DNA from: an uncultured bacterium
GTDB taxonomy: Bacteria; Auribacterota; Erginobacteria; Erginobacterales; Erginobacteraceae
DNA length: 64,000 nt
Direction: 5' to 3'
Assembly: GCA_963822585.1 (NCBI GenBank)
Contig: CAWGIE010000019.1
Span: forward strand, 320,001 to 384,000
Position 1 is the first letter of the stretch. The number at the start of each line of letters is the position of its first letter. The translations under genes and the position numbers were made by a program. The notes beneath the pieces were generated by a model that made no database searches, was not told where the DNA came from, and saw only the letters and a program-made list of their open reading frames with translations. Below, one piece after another: positions 43,107-53,211 of this stretch.

Positions 43107-44063
43107 GTGCCGGAATTCAGTATCATCACCGACCCGGAGGAATGCCGGGAGATCTGGGAACAGGTTATCCCCCGGGAAAACCTGACCGATCTCTGGGAAG
43201 TCCGGGAGTGCTTTCATCGGCACTTCCACCGCCAAAGTTCTTTCATCACTGCCGTCAGCGGGGGGGATATCGTCGGCTTCCTGCCGTTAAGCCGGATTGA
43301 AGAGGCGGGGGTGTACGGCTACTTCCCCGGAGATACCTGGGAAGGGAAAACCTGGCTGGAACAGAACCGGATCATCGCCCGCGATGAAGAGGTTCTCCAG
43401 GGACTGCTCGCCCGTTGCCCGGGACCGCATCACCTCCGCTATCTTCTGAACATGGAAGATACCGGCACCGTGGACGAGATCGGCTACCTCTTCTCTCCCC
43501 CCTCATACGAGTACGACTTCGAAAAATACCTGGCGGAGTTCTCGAGCAAATCGCGGAAACGTCTGAATCGAGATCTGGAATCATTTGAGATCCGCGGGGT
43601 TGAGTACCGATATGATCATGTCGAGGATTTTGATCATATAGTACGCCTCAACATCGGACGTTTCGGCGAACGGTCATACTTTTCCGACCCCCGGTTTACT
43701 AAGAGCTTCTACAGCCTCCTGGACCTTCTCCGGGAACGGGGATGGCTCCGCCTGACCGTCGTCTTGGTCGAAGGCCGGGTAGCCGCGGTCGACTTCGGCT
43801 GCGTGTACCACGGTGTCTATACCCTCCTGGGCGGGGGTACCGATGGGGATTATCCCGGGGTGGCCAAGCTCATCAATATTCACCATATCCGCCGGGCGTG
43901 CCGGGAAAGGCTGGAACTGGTCGATTTCCTCTGCGGAGATTTTTCCTGGAAATCACTCTTCCATCTTTCGGCGCGCCCACTATACCTGCTGTCCAGCCGT
44001 CTCTCACAGGAAAAGCACGAACCGGCGGTGGCACACCCGAAGGAAATGGTGTATGCGGGATGA
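43107..44063 (+). CDS. GNAT-superfamily (Acetyltransf_6/FemAB-like) protein
   Basis: VGFLPL; FEKYLAEFSSKSRKRL; LRLTVVLVEGRVAA; DFLCGDFSWK. Confidence 0.8.
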   Translation: MPEFSIITDPEECREIWEQVIPRENLTDLWEVRECFHRHFHRQSSFITAVSGGDIVGFLPLSRIEEAGVYGYFPGDTWEGKTWLEQNRIIARDEEVLQGLLARCPGPHHLRYLLNMEDTGTVDEIGYLFSPPSYEYDFEKYLAEFSSKSRKRLNRDLESFEIRGVEYRYDHVEDFDHIVRLNIGRFGERSYFSDPRFTKSFYSLLDLLRERGWLRLTVVLVEGRVAAVDFGCVYHGVYTLLGGGTDGDYPGVAKLINIHHIRRACRERLELVDFLCGDFSWKSLFHLSARPLYLLSSRLSQEKHEPAVAHPKEMVYAG

Positions 44064-45342
44064 GCGCGTCCTGGTCGTGGGGACAACGGCCGATTATATC
44101 GATATCATCCGCCGCCGTTTTCCCGGGCGGACGCTTTTCCTGACCGATCCGGCGGAACGGAGTAAAGCTTCCTCCTACCCGGCACCGGATCGGATCTCCG
44201 AGATTCTCTGCGGTCTCACTTCTCCCCGCGGTGCCTTGGACGCTCTGGATGGTCACCTTCGAAAACAGAAGCAGCAACTCACCGGCGTCGCCTGTTTTGA
44301 TTGTGAATCTCTCTCCCTGGCGGCGGAGATCGCCCGGATCCGATCGTTACCCTTCCCTTCCCCGGCCGCCGTGGATGCTTCCCGAAATAAGTATTTTTCC
44401 AAACGCCTCTGGCTGGACGCCGGGCTTCCCTGCCCGAATGTCCGGCTGATAGGCCGGGCGGACGAGGCGATTGATTTTCTTCACGAGTTACAGCGGGCGG
44501 CGGTCATGAAGCCTTTGACCGGGAGCGGGAGCGAGCTGATCTTCCTCTGCCGGGATGAGAATGATTGCCGGCTGGCCTTCAAAACTTTGGTCGAAAAGCT
44601 GGCGACCCACCATAACAGCCGGATGTATGAGCCGCGGACCGGGCAGCGTAAGAAGATCGATCCCCGGAAAAGTTTCGTGATGGAGGAGATGGTGGAGGGT
44701 GAAGAAATGAGCTGTGATTTCACTCTCCGGGAGAACGGGGTGAAAATCATCCGGACCACGAGAAAGATACTGGCCCGCAACCAGACCTTCGGCACGGTCC
44801 TGGCCTATATCCTGACGAACGATCTTCCTTCCGGCATCGACCCGGCACCGTTTCATCGCCTGCTGGATCAAGCGGCCCGTGCCCTGGGTATTAACCGCAG
44901 CATCTGCATGATTGATCTCATGATTTCCCGGGGAAGGCCGCTGATGCTGGAAATGACCCCCCGGCCGGGAGGAGACTGCCTGATTGCCCTGGAGCGGCTG
45001 AGCGCGGGATTTGATATGCTGGGCTATGCTCTGGATTTCGCCGAGGGAAAGGAAACGGAAACTCCTCCGGCCGATGACTGGGAGCAACTGGTCGGACTCC
45101 ACTTACTGGCGCACCGGCCGGGGCTGATCCGGCGGATCGATGATCGGCCACTCCGGGCCGATACCCGGGTGCTTGAATGCAGCTTGACCGCGGGTGTTGG
45201 GCACCGGATACTGATGCCCCCCGACGACTATGATTCCCGGAAACTCGGCCACGCGATCTTCCGGCCGCGCAATCCGGCGGAGATCGAAAAAGAATGCCTT
45301 GAACTTTCCGCTTTACTTACCGTGGAGTTTGAGCCTGCATGA
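44053..45342 (+). CDS. ATP-grasp domain protein (L-amino-acid ligase-like)
   Basis: SRNKY, VMKPLTGSGS, MEEMVEGEEMSCD and LEMTPRPGG motifs, plus a C-terminal LAL-like extension. Confidence 0.85.
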   Translation: MRDERVLVVGTTADYIDIIRRRFPGRTLFLTDPAERSKASSYPAPDRISEILCGLTSPRGALDALDGHLRKQKQQLTGVACFDCESLSLAAEIARIRSLPFPSPAAVDASRNKYFSKRLWLDAGLPCPNVRLIGRADEAIDFLHELQRAAVMKPLTGSGSELIFLCRDENDCRLAFKTLVEKLATHHNSRMYEPRTGQRKKIDPRKSFVMEEMVEGEEMSCDFTLRENGVKIIRTTRKILARNQTFGTVLAYILTNDLPSGIDPAPFHRLLDQAARALGINRSICMIDLMISRGRPLMLEMTPRPGGDCLIALERLSAGFDMLGYALDFAEGKETETPPADDWEQLVGLHLLAHRPGLIRRIDDRPLRADTRVLECSLTAGVGHRILMPPDDYDSRKLGHAIFRPRNPAEIEKECLELSALLTVEFEPA

Positions 45343-46655
45343 TGAAAAAGACCGAAAAAAGCCCCACCGGCTCCTCGGGTAGTTTACCCGCCATTCTTCC
45401 CCTTGACGGAGAGACCCTGGAACGGTTCGTCCGCAAGTATCTGGACCGGAGGGAGCGTTACCTGCGGGCCGCGGAAAGGTGCGGCTCACCCCTGTATCTG
45501 ATCGAGAAACCGATCCTGACCGACCGGGCAAAAAAATTCACGGAAGCATTCCGGGCCGTTCTTCCCGATGTTGGAATTTATTTCGCCGTCAAGAGCAACA
45601 ACCATCCGGAGATCGCCCGGACCCTGGTCCGGGCCGGGCTGGGATTGGACGTCTCCAGCGGCCGGGAACTTACGATGGCGCTGGATAGCGGTGCGAACGA
45701 TATCGTCTTCAGCGGTCCGGGGAAGACCGGCGGCGAGCTTGTACTGGCTGTCCAAAACCGAGGCCGAGTGACCGTCCTGATAGACAGTTTCGGTGAACTG
45801 GAACGCCTGGAGGCGATCGCCGCCGAGGCGGGAGCCGCTGTCCGGGCCGGGGTGCGGCTGACCACCGATGAGCGGGCCCTCTGGGCTAAGTTCGGCATCC
45901 CTCTCTCCTCCCTGCCGGCTTTTCTGGCCGATGCCGGACGAGCCGGGCATATCCGCCTAAGAGGACTCCAGTTCCATACCAGCTGGAACATGAACCCGGA
46001 CAACCAGGTCGGTTTTATCAGCCGTCTGGCCGGGGCACTCGGAAACCTGGATACCGCCGCGCGGAAAAAGATCGAGTTCATCGATATCGGCGGCGGCTTC
46101 TGGCCGGAAGACGGTGAGTGGCTTCACCGGGCGGACGGGGGAGTGGTCAACCCTGACAACCGCGACCGCGACCCTCTCCTTCACTTCCGGAAACCCTCCG
46201 TCACGATTCACGAGTTCGCGGAAAAGATCGGGCGCGCCTTTCGTCAGGAGATCCTTCCTCTGACCGAATGTCGCCTCTGTGCCGAGCCGGGGCGCTGGCT
46301 CTGTCATCCTGCCCTGGAGATACTGCTCCGGGTCACGGACAGGAAGGGACCGGAGTTGATTATTACCGATGCCGGAACCAACGCGATCGGCTGGGAGCGT
46401 TTCGAGACCGATTACTTCCCGGTAATCAACCTTTCCCGGCCGGCTTTGATCGAACATCCCTGCCGGGTCCTCGGCGCGCTCTGCACGCCTCACGACGTCT
46501 GGGGTTACTCCTACCACGGAGAGGACATCCGGCTGGGGGACCTGCTCCTCCTTCCCAACCAGGGAGCATATACCTATAGCCTGCGTCAGGAGTTCATCAA
46601 GCCTCTTCCCGGGGTGGCGACGGTGGACGAGGCGGGAGAGATCATTCCCGTATAG
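45339..46655 (+). CDS. PLP-dependent decarboxylase, Orn/DAP/Arg (fold III) family
   Basis: FAVKSN (PLP Lys), DVSSGRE, SGPGK, KFG, DIGGGF, EPGR, GALCTPHD and GAYT motifs. Confidence 0.9.
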   Translation: MMKKTEKSPTGSSGSLPAILPLDGETLERFVRKYLDRRERYLRAAERCGSPLYLIEKPILTDRAKKFTEAFRAVLPDVGIYFAVKSNNHPEIARTLVRAGLGLDVSSGRELTMALDSGANDIVFSGPGKTGGELVLAVQNRGRVTVLIDSFGELERLEAIAAEAGAAVRAGVRLTTDERALWAKFGIPLSSLPAFLADAGRAGHIRLRGLQFHTSWNMNPDNQVGFISRLAGALGNLDTAARKKIEFIDIGGGFWPEDGEWLHRADGGVVNPDNRDRDPLLHFRKPSVTIHEFAEKIGRAFRQEILPLTECRLCAEPGRWLCHPALEILLRVTDRKGPELIITDAGTNAIGWERFETDYFPVINLSRPALIEHPCRVLGALCTPHDVWGYSYHGEDIRLGDLLLLPNQGAYTYSLRQEFIKPLPGVATVDEAGEIIPV

Positions 46656-46752
46656 TCAGCAGGAATATTTTGGCTGTCGGGCAACGATACTACGTCCCCC
46701 TCCGGCTGCAAACAGTCTCCACCACCTGTTCGACACTTAACTTTTCTTCATC

Positions 46753-46795
46753 CCTTATTGGACAAAACAGGCAAAGCCTGTTTTGTCCAATAAGG
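46753..46795. terminator. Perfect 20-bp-stem hairpin between convergent genes
   Basis: CCTTATTGGACAAAACAGGC-AAA-GCCTGTTTTGTCCAATAAGG. Confidence 0.7.
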
Positions 46796-46814
46796 CGCTG
46801 CCGATATCATCCGG

Positions 46815-47894
46815 TCAAAACCTGGCCGCGGCCCGGACGGCGATAAACGGGCCGGCGCCGACGTCAACCCGGTTGTTCGTCCGGTCATCGTTATAGCTCT
46901 CGCCTTCGAAGAAGAAGCGGTCGAAAGCGACGCCGCCGGCAAGGACCACTTCCAGATCGCCGACGGCCCGGAGCGTGACACCGGCTTCCACCCGTTTTTC
47001 ATACCAGAAGAGGCGGTCATGGCGGTCTTCTCTTCCGGCCCGGTAATACCGGTCATTCTCCCAGCGGAAGGCGGCAAAGATGCCGATCAGGGGAGAGAGC
47101 CGATACTCACACCCGGCGAAGACACTGTGGATGGGGAAGTAGAACCCCCGGAACCGCAGCCCCTCAACGGGGGTGTAATTCACGAAGAGCAGGGGAATCC
47201 CGACCAGGGCATTGAAGTCCCGGGAAGGGGCATAGAGATAGCCGGCGCCCGGAATCGGGACATGGGGGAGAAACTCCCGGTTGGTGGAGTAGTTGAGAAA
47301 GAGGACCCAGGAATCCCGCCGGGCGGCGGGGATGCTCAGAAAACCGTTGAGCATGACGGCCGTCTCGTACCAGCCGTTAAAGGGCCGGTCGGAAGGCGAC
47401 GAGAGGGAAAGATTGCCCCCGATTATCCAGTTCCCCGGAAGGCGGCGGCGATACACGGCTCCGAAGTGGAGATCCCAGAGCTCGGAGGGAACCGCGTCGC
47501 CGGTATCGGGCAGGACGGCCCGGGTGCGGATGTCACGGAGACCGATGCGGGAGACGGCCGTCCACTCCCAGTCCTCCCCCTGAGCCACGGGAATGATGAT
47601 TGATGTCTCCCAGCGGGAGTCTTCCAGGCCGGTATCCTGCTCCTTCACCTCTTGGCGGGGACTATACTCGCACCGGCCGGAAACAGACACATCCTGTTTA
47701 CCGGCCAAGGGGCGAAACCAGTTGAAGATGCCCTCCTGCCCGAAGACAGAGTCCGGCAACGCGGCCAGGAAAAACAGATATAATGATATCGTTATTCTTC
47801 TTATTGCTTTTTCTTCTCGCAGGCTGAAGCCCGCGGCGGCCCAATTATTGTAAAAATTTCCGAATTGCCGCCGCCAGCTTTTCCGGTTCTTCAT
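46815..47894 (-). CDS. Putative outer-membrane beta-barrel protein of unknown function
   Basis: Alternating aromatic beta-strands and C-terminal Phe; the true start is probably downstream of 47894. Confidence 0.6.
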   Translation of the reverse strand: MKNRKSWRRQFGNFYNNWAAAGFSLREEKAIRRITISLYLFFLAALPDSVFGQEGIFNWFRPLAGKQDVSVSGRCEYSPRQEVKEQDTGLEDSRWETSIIIPVAQGEDWEWTAVSRIGLRDIRTRAVLPDTGDAVPSELWDLHFGAVYRRRLPGNWIIGGNLSLSSPSDRPFNGWYETAVMLNGFLSIPAARRDSWVLFLNYSTNREFLPHVPIPGAGYLYAPSRDFNALVGIPLLFVNYTPVEGLRFRGFYFPIHSVFAGCEYRLSPLIGIFAAFRWENDRYYRAGREDRHDRLFWYEKRVEAGVTLRAVGDLEVVLAGGVAFDRFFFEGESYNDDRTNNRVDVGAGPFIAVRAAARF

Positions 47895-48633
47895 ATTCGC
47901 TCACGTGGCCGCCGGGAAGTCTCGCGATCCGGGCCCCTGGAATTTTCTCGGCCAGTTCTTCCGATTCCCGCGGTAGCGCGATGATATCGTCATCCGATAT
48001 GATGACCAGGGTGGGGGCTTTGATCCGGTGGAGGAACCCGGAAGAGTCAAAACCGGAAAGCGCGGGATACTGCCTCTCCATCTCCGTGATCGAGGGTGGC
48101 GTCGGATTATCGAGGAGCCTCTTTTTCAGCGCTTCCGTCTTGGTTTTATTATCCAGTGAGGAAACACCGAAGAGCCAGGGCATGGCGATCTCCAGCTGAC
48201 AGTCAACGGATACACCGTGTTTGAGTGCCCGGATCAACCCACTCTGGGCCATCAGCATCCGTTCGTCCCACCGGGCCGCGGAGTTGACGATGACCAGTCG
48301 ATCTATTTTTTCCGGATGGTTGACGGCCAGCATCTGGGCGATCGCTCCCCCCATGGAATGGCCGACAACGTGCGGCCTTTCGAGAGCCAGTTCTCTAATC
48401 AACGCCGCCGTCCCGGCGGCCATCGATTCCGCCGTTAACTGCCCTCCGCCGTCGCGGGTGCGGCCCGAACCGGGATTATCGAAAATGAGTACCCGAAAGC
48501 TGTCGATAAACAGGGGATATATCTCCTGCCAGGCGGTGTGATTGGCCCCGTATCCGGCAATAAAAACAAGCGCTTTCCCTTCACCATGCAGTTCGTAATA
48601 GTAAGAAGTATCTTCAACCGTGATCCGCGGCAT
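47845..48633 (-). CDS. Alpha/beta hydrolase
   Basis: FDNPGSG, GHSMGG nucleophile elbow, PTLVI and GGH motifs. Confidence 0.92.
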   Translation of the reverse strand: MPRITVEDTSYYYELHGEGKALVFIAGYGANHTAWQEIYPLFIDSFRVLIFDNPGSGRTRDGGGQLTAESMAAGTAALIRELALERPHVVGHSMGGAIAQMLAVNHPEKIDRLVIVNSAARWDERMLMAQSGLIRALKHGVSVDCQLEIAMPWLFGVSSLDNKTKTEALKKRLLDNPTPPSITEMERQYPALSGFDSSGFLHRIKAPTLVIISDDDIIALPRESEELAEKIPGARIARLPGGHVSEYEEPEKLAAAIRKFLQ

Positions 48634-48859
48634 TTTTTCCTCCCGCTGATGGTCCGGATTACTCTTAATAATATCACATTATATGAGCAATCATGGCTAT
48701 CAATTATCGTTCAATGCGTTACATATCATAATCCCGGCCAGGCGAATACCGCTATCTCTTTTTATGATTTTCTTTCAGGACATTTAATTCTCTTGTCGGC
48801 CGGGCCGGCCTGTGGTATACAATCTCCAGCTTTTAGCAAGGTAACATTCGCTAATTCGT

Positions 48860-48954
48860 ATCTCCGACTCTGTCCGGCTACGCCTCCGGGTATGCCGGCA
48901 GAGCGATAGGGTCCAGCTGGAAACGGCTGCGCCTCCCGCGTTCGGAAAGGAGAT
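48860..48954 (+). ncRNA. Moco RNA motif (Tuco-type riboswitch candidate)
   Basis: ATCTCC...GGAGAT closing stem; TAGGGT..GGAAAC..GCCTCCCG..GGAAAGGAG conserved blocks; located upstream of tungstate ABC genes. Confidence 0.8.
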
Positions 48955-48969
48955 CGGCGGACCACTCTG

Positions 48970-49005
48970 CCGGCCCCCCCTCCGCGGGGGGGCCGGTTTT
49001 GTTTT
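48970..49005 (+). terminator. Intrinsic terminator (putative riboswitch expression platform)
   Basis: CCGGCCCCCCC-loop-GGGGGGGCCGG followed by TTTTGTTTT. Confidence 0.8.
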
Positions 49006-49041
49006 AACTGCTCAGGAATTCCAATAAACATTACTCAAAAT

Positions 49042-49097
49042 GGTAGCCGCAGACTTTAGTCTGCGTAACTTTGCGCACTCTGAAGGGTGCGGCTACC
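49042..49097. repeat. GTAG-type REP doublet (partial copy at about 12920-12944)
   Basis: GGTAGCCGCAGACTTTAGTCTGCG...CGCACTCTGAAGGGTGCGGCTACC. Confidence 0.65.
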
Positions 49098-49145
49098 TAA
49101 AGTTAGCGCGATGCGCTTAGTTCTTTCAATCTGAAGGAGGGGAGC

Positions 49146-50042
49146 ATGACGAGAAGAATAGCCGTATTTGTTGTCCTGTTCTGTGCCCTGGTCGTCCTGA
49201 CCGGAGCGGCCGGAGCGGAGGAACGGATCAAGATGGCCACCACCACCAGCACCGACAATTCCGGCCTGCTGGGCGTTCTGATCCCGCCCTTCGAGAAGAA
49301 GTTTGGGATCAACGTCGACGTGATCGCGGTGGGGACCGGTGCCGCCCTCAAGCTGGGAGAGAACGGCGATGTGGACGTGGTCCTGGTCCATGCCCCGGAA
49401 AGGGAGGAGGAGTTCATCCAGGCCGGTTACGGCGTAAACAGACGGCGGGTCATGTACAACGATTTCGTCATCATCGGACCGGCTGACGACCCGGCCGGTA
49501 TCCGGGAAGAAAAGAACGCGGCCCGGGCCATGGCCATGATCGCGGACAAGAAATCGCCTTTCGTATCCCGAGGCGACGATTCCGGAACCCATATCAAGGA
49601 ACAGTTTCTCTGGAAAGAGTCCGGATTGCCCCTGAAGGAAGTCAAGAAGATGATCGCCAAAAAGGGGGGGGAGAGCGAGGTGCAGTACGTGGCCCCGGAG
49701 GGCGACTGGTACTTCTCCATCGGACAGGGAATGGGAGCCGCGCTGATGATGGCGGACGAGAAACGAGCCTACTGTCTGGCCGACCGGGGTACTTACCTGG
49801 CCTACCGGAACAAGATCAACCTGGACATTCTGGGTGAAGGGGATCCCCGCCTCTACAATCCTTACGGGATAATCGCCGTCAACCCGGAACGGTATCCCCG
49901 GGTGCAGTATTTCGGCGCCATGTCACTGATCGCCTGGATGACATCGGTGGAAGGCCAGAAGATCATCTCCGATTTCCGGACGGAAGGCGAAGTTCTCTTC
50001 CACCCGCTGGCGGTGCGCCCCGATTTTCTCGGTAAACGGTAA
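49146..50042 (+). CDS. tupA: Tungstate ABC transporter substrate-binding protein
   Basis: ATTTSTDNSGLL, GTGAAL, LVHAP and FVSRGDDSGTH motifs. Confidence 0.95.
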   Translation: MTRRIAVFVVLFCALVVLTGAAGAEERIKMATTTSTDNSGLLGVLIPPFEKKFGINVDVIAVGTGAALKLGENGDVDVVLVHAPEREEEFIQAGYGVNRRRVMYNDFVIIGPADDPAGIREEKNAARAMAMIADKKSPFVSRGDDSGTHIKEQFLWKESGLPLKEVKKMIAKKGGESEVQYVAPEGDWYFSIGQGMGAALMMADEKRAYCLADRGTYLAYRNKINLDILGEGDPRLYNPYGIIAVNPERYPRVQYFGAMSLIAWMTSVEGQKIISDFRTEGEVLFHPLAVRPDFLGKR

Positions 50043-50045
50043 AAG

Positions 50046-50738
50046 ATGGAATATCTCTTTAGCGGGATCCGTGATGCTGGACGGCTGATCGTCCATTTCA
50101 ATCCGGAACTTCTGAGAATTGTCTGGGTATCGATCCGGGTTTCCGGCACGGCCCTTCTTTTCTCCGCCCTGGCCGGCGTCCCTCTCGGTTTCTGGATCGC
50201 TGTCACTTCTTTCCCGGGAAAACGGGCGGCGGTGACGCTGCTCAACACGCTGATGGGGCTCCCCACGGTGGTGGTCGGTCTCTGGGGCTACTCCTTCCTC
50301 TCCCGGCGGGGTCTGATGGGAAGCTGGGGACTTCTCTACACCCCCGGCGCCATGATCATCGGCCAGTTTGTCCTCGCCACACCGATTATCGCAGCGCTTT
50401 CCCTGGCCGCCATCCAGGGGATTAACCGGCAGGTCTCGCTGACCGCGCTCACGCTGGGAGCTTCGACCCGCCAGAAAAACTGGAAGGTCCTTTCGGAAGC
50501 AAAGTTCGCCATCCTGGCCGCCGTCATCGCCGGGTTCGGCCGGATCTTCGCCGAGATCGGGGTCTCCACCATGCTGGGGGGCAATATCCAGGGCTATACA
50601 CGTAACATCACCACCGCCATCGCCTATGAGACCGGTAAAGGCGAGTTCTCCCTCGGCATCGCCCTCGGCATCATCCTGCTGGGGATCGCCCTCGGCATCA
50701 ACATACTGCTCCAGGTCTGGCAGGGGAAACTGAAATGA
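50046..50738 (+). CDS. tupB: Tungstate ABC transporter permease
   Basis: NTLMGLPTVVVGL, AGFGRIFAEIG and GGNIQGYTR motifs. Confidence 0.93.
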   Translation: MEYLFSGIRDAGRLIVHFNPELLRIVWVSIRVSGTALLFSALAGVPLGFWIAVTSFPGKRAAVTLLNTLMGLPTVVVGLWGYSFLSRRGLMGSWGLLYTPGAMIIGQFVLATPIIAALSLAAIQGINRQVSLTALTLGASTRQKNWKVLSEAKFAILAAVIAGFGRIFAEIGVSTMLGGNIQGYTRNITTAIAYETGKGEFSLGIALGIILLGIALGINILLQVWQGKLK

Positions 50739-51756
50739 ACGCAACTATTCCATTGCTCTCCCTGACCGAAACCGATTTCCGCTACCCCGGCGGTTTTTCC
50801 CTCCAGATACGTGAACTGGAGCTGACGGCCGGGGTGGTTCACGCCCTCTCCGGTCCCAACGGTTCCGGGAAGACAACCCTGCTCAATATCCTGGCCCTCC
50901 TTCGCCCGACCCCGGGTATATACCGCTACCGGGGAGAGCCCCTCCCGAAATCACCGCGGCGGCGGCTGGAAGTCCGGCGCGCGTTGACCCTGGTCGAGCA
51001 GAGCCCCTGTTTTTTTCGGTCCACCATAGGGGATAATATCGCTTACGGCTTACGACTCCGGCGACGGGAAGACCGGGAAATAAAAGAAGCGGTCGCCGCG
51101 ATCGCCCGGGAAATGGGCATCGATCCCCTCCTCGACCGGAAACCGGAAGAGCTTTCCGGAGGCGAAAAGCAGAAAGCGGCCCTGGCCCGGGCGCTGGTTC
51201 TGCGCCCCGAGATCCTGCTTCTCGATGAGCCCACGGCGAATGTCGACCAGCAGAGTGTTTTGCTGATCGAGGAAACGGTGAAGAATTTCCACCGACGGAG
51301 GGGAGGCTGCGTGGTCTGGGCCACCCATAATCTCCGGCAGGCTTTCCGGGTCGGCGACCGGGTCATGAGCCTGGTGGACGGGAGATTAACACCGGGGACC
51401 ATCGATAACCTCCTCTTCGGGCGGATCGAAAAAAGAGCCGAGGAAACAATTTTCCGCCTCGGCCCCGGACTGGGAGGCGGTCGTCGCCGCGCCGGCGGCG
51501 GAAGGTGCCAGCCGGATGCTGATTCTTCCCGAGGAGGTAATTCTCTCCCTGGAACCCCTCCGGTCCAGCGCGCGCAACTGTTTCCCGGGCCGGGTGACCG
51601 GGATCGAGGAGAGAGGAGGAAACGTCGCGATTACGGCGGATATCGGGGTGCCGATCACCGCGGTCATTACCCCCGCGTCATATCGGAAGCCTCGGCCTTC
51701 ATCTGAGTTCCAAAGTATATATCAGTTTCAAGGCGACAGCGGCGGCGGTCTTTTAG
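50735..51756 (+). CDS. tupC: Tungstate ABC transporter ATPase with C-terminal TOBE domain (frameshifts near 51470 and 51690)
   Basis: GPNGSGKT, LSGGEKQK and LLDEP; SSARNCFPGRV...ITAVIT and SFKATAAAVF* appear in other frames. Confidence 0.85.
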
Positions 51757-51969
51757 CCGCTATTGCATCCACTCTCTATCACTATCCTTCAATTAACATT
51801 CACCTTGAAGATGGCAAAATGGAGTGAGGGAGTATTGGAGTGGTGGGGTGGTGGAAGACACCGCCGGCCGCCGGCATTCCCAATATCCTTTATCACTCCA
51901 TTACTCCCTTTTCCCCCCCATTATGTTACGATATCCCGGAGATCGTCTTAACGGCAAAGAAACATTGTC

Positions 51970-53105
51970 ATGAGCAGTATCCTTTTTGAACCGGTAACGA
52001 TCGGTTCCCTCCCTTTAAAGAACCGTTTCGTCATGTCGGCCGCGGCGGATAACCTGTCCGGGGAGGAGGGGGAGGTGACGGACGCCCAGATCGCCCGGTA
52101 TACGGAGCTGGCCGCCGGCGGAGTGGGGTTGATCATCAGCGGGGGCATTACCGTTCACTTGACCGGGATGTCCCATCCCGGGTCGCCGACACTGGCGGAT
52201 GACGGGGCGGTCCCCGGCTGGAAAAATCTTACCGCCGCCGTTCACGAGCGGGGAGGGAAGGCCGCAGCCCAGCTCGTCCACTCCGGGGTCTGGACCTCCC
52301 GCTACCAGAATACCCTCGGCCGGAAAGGCATCGCCCCCTCCATCCTGCCGGCGGACTGCTATTACCTGAACCGGGGCTGGATGACCGCGGGCAGATACCG
52401 AAAGGCTACTGATGATGACCTGGAATTGATTATCGCCGCCTTCGGCGCCGCCGCCCGGCGGGCGAAGGAAGCCGGCTTCGACGCGGTCCAACTCCACGGC
52501 GCCCATGACAGCCTTTTGAGCCAGTTCCTCTCCCCCCATACCAACCGGCGGAATGACCGGTGGGGCGGCCCGGTGGAGAACCGCTCCCGCCTTCACCGGG
52601 AGCTTTACCGGGAGATCAGGAAGCAGGTCGGCGAGGACTACCCGGTCATTATAAAGCTCGGTGTGGAAGACGGATTTGACGGGGGCCTCGTTCTCTCAGA
52701 AGGTGCGGCGGCCGCGAGCATCCTGGCCGGGGAAGGGTTCGACGCGATCGAGGTAAGCCTGGGGCTCCAGGGAAAACTCTTCCAGGGGACGGTACTCAGA
52801 ACCGGGATCGACAGCGTGGAAAAAGAAGCTTACTACCGGCACTGGTCACGGGAGATTAAAAAGAGCGTCCCATTCCCGTCCTCCTGGTGGGGGGGCTCCG
52901 TACCTTCAAACTGATCGAGGAGATTGTCCGCGGGGGAGATGCCGATCTCGCCTCGCTCTGCCGCCCCCTGGTCAGGGAACCGCATCTGATCAATGACTGG
53001 AAGGGCGGCGACAGACACCGGGCAACCTGCGTCTCCTGCAACCTCTGCGTGAAAGCACTGGGGGAGGGGAAACCCCTGGCCTGCCAACTAGAGGCCTCAG
53101 GTTAA
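51970..53105 (+). CDS. NADH:flavin oxidoreductase (old yellow enzyme family), frameshift near 52870
   Basis: NRFVMSA, AGFDAVQLHGAH and QFLSPHTNRRNDRWGG; IPVLLVGGLR...CRPLVREP...CVSCNLC in the shifted frame. Confidence 0.9.
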
Positions 53106-53211
53106 CGTTCCGGGCCGGCCACCGGGCGTGGGGTTGCGGAAAACCAGTACCCGTCCCCGTCATAGTCGCCGGGTTCGGTGAGGGGAAGCGCGGGTACCCG
53201 CCCACGCCGAT

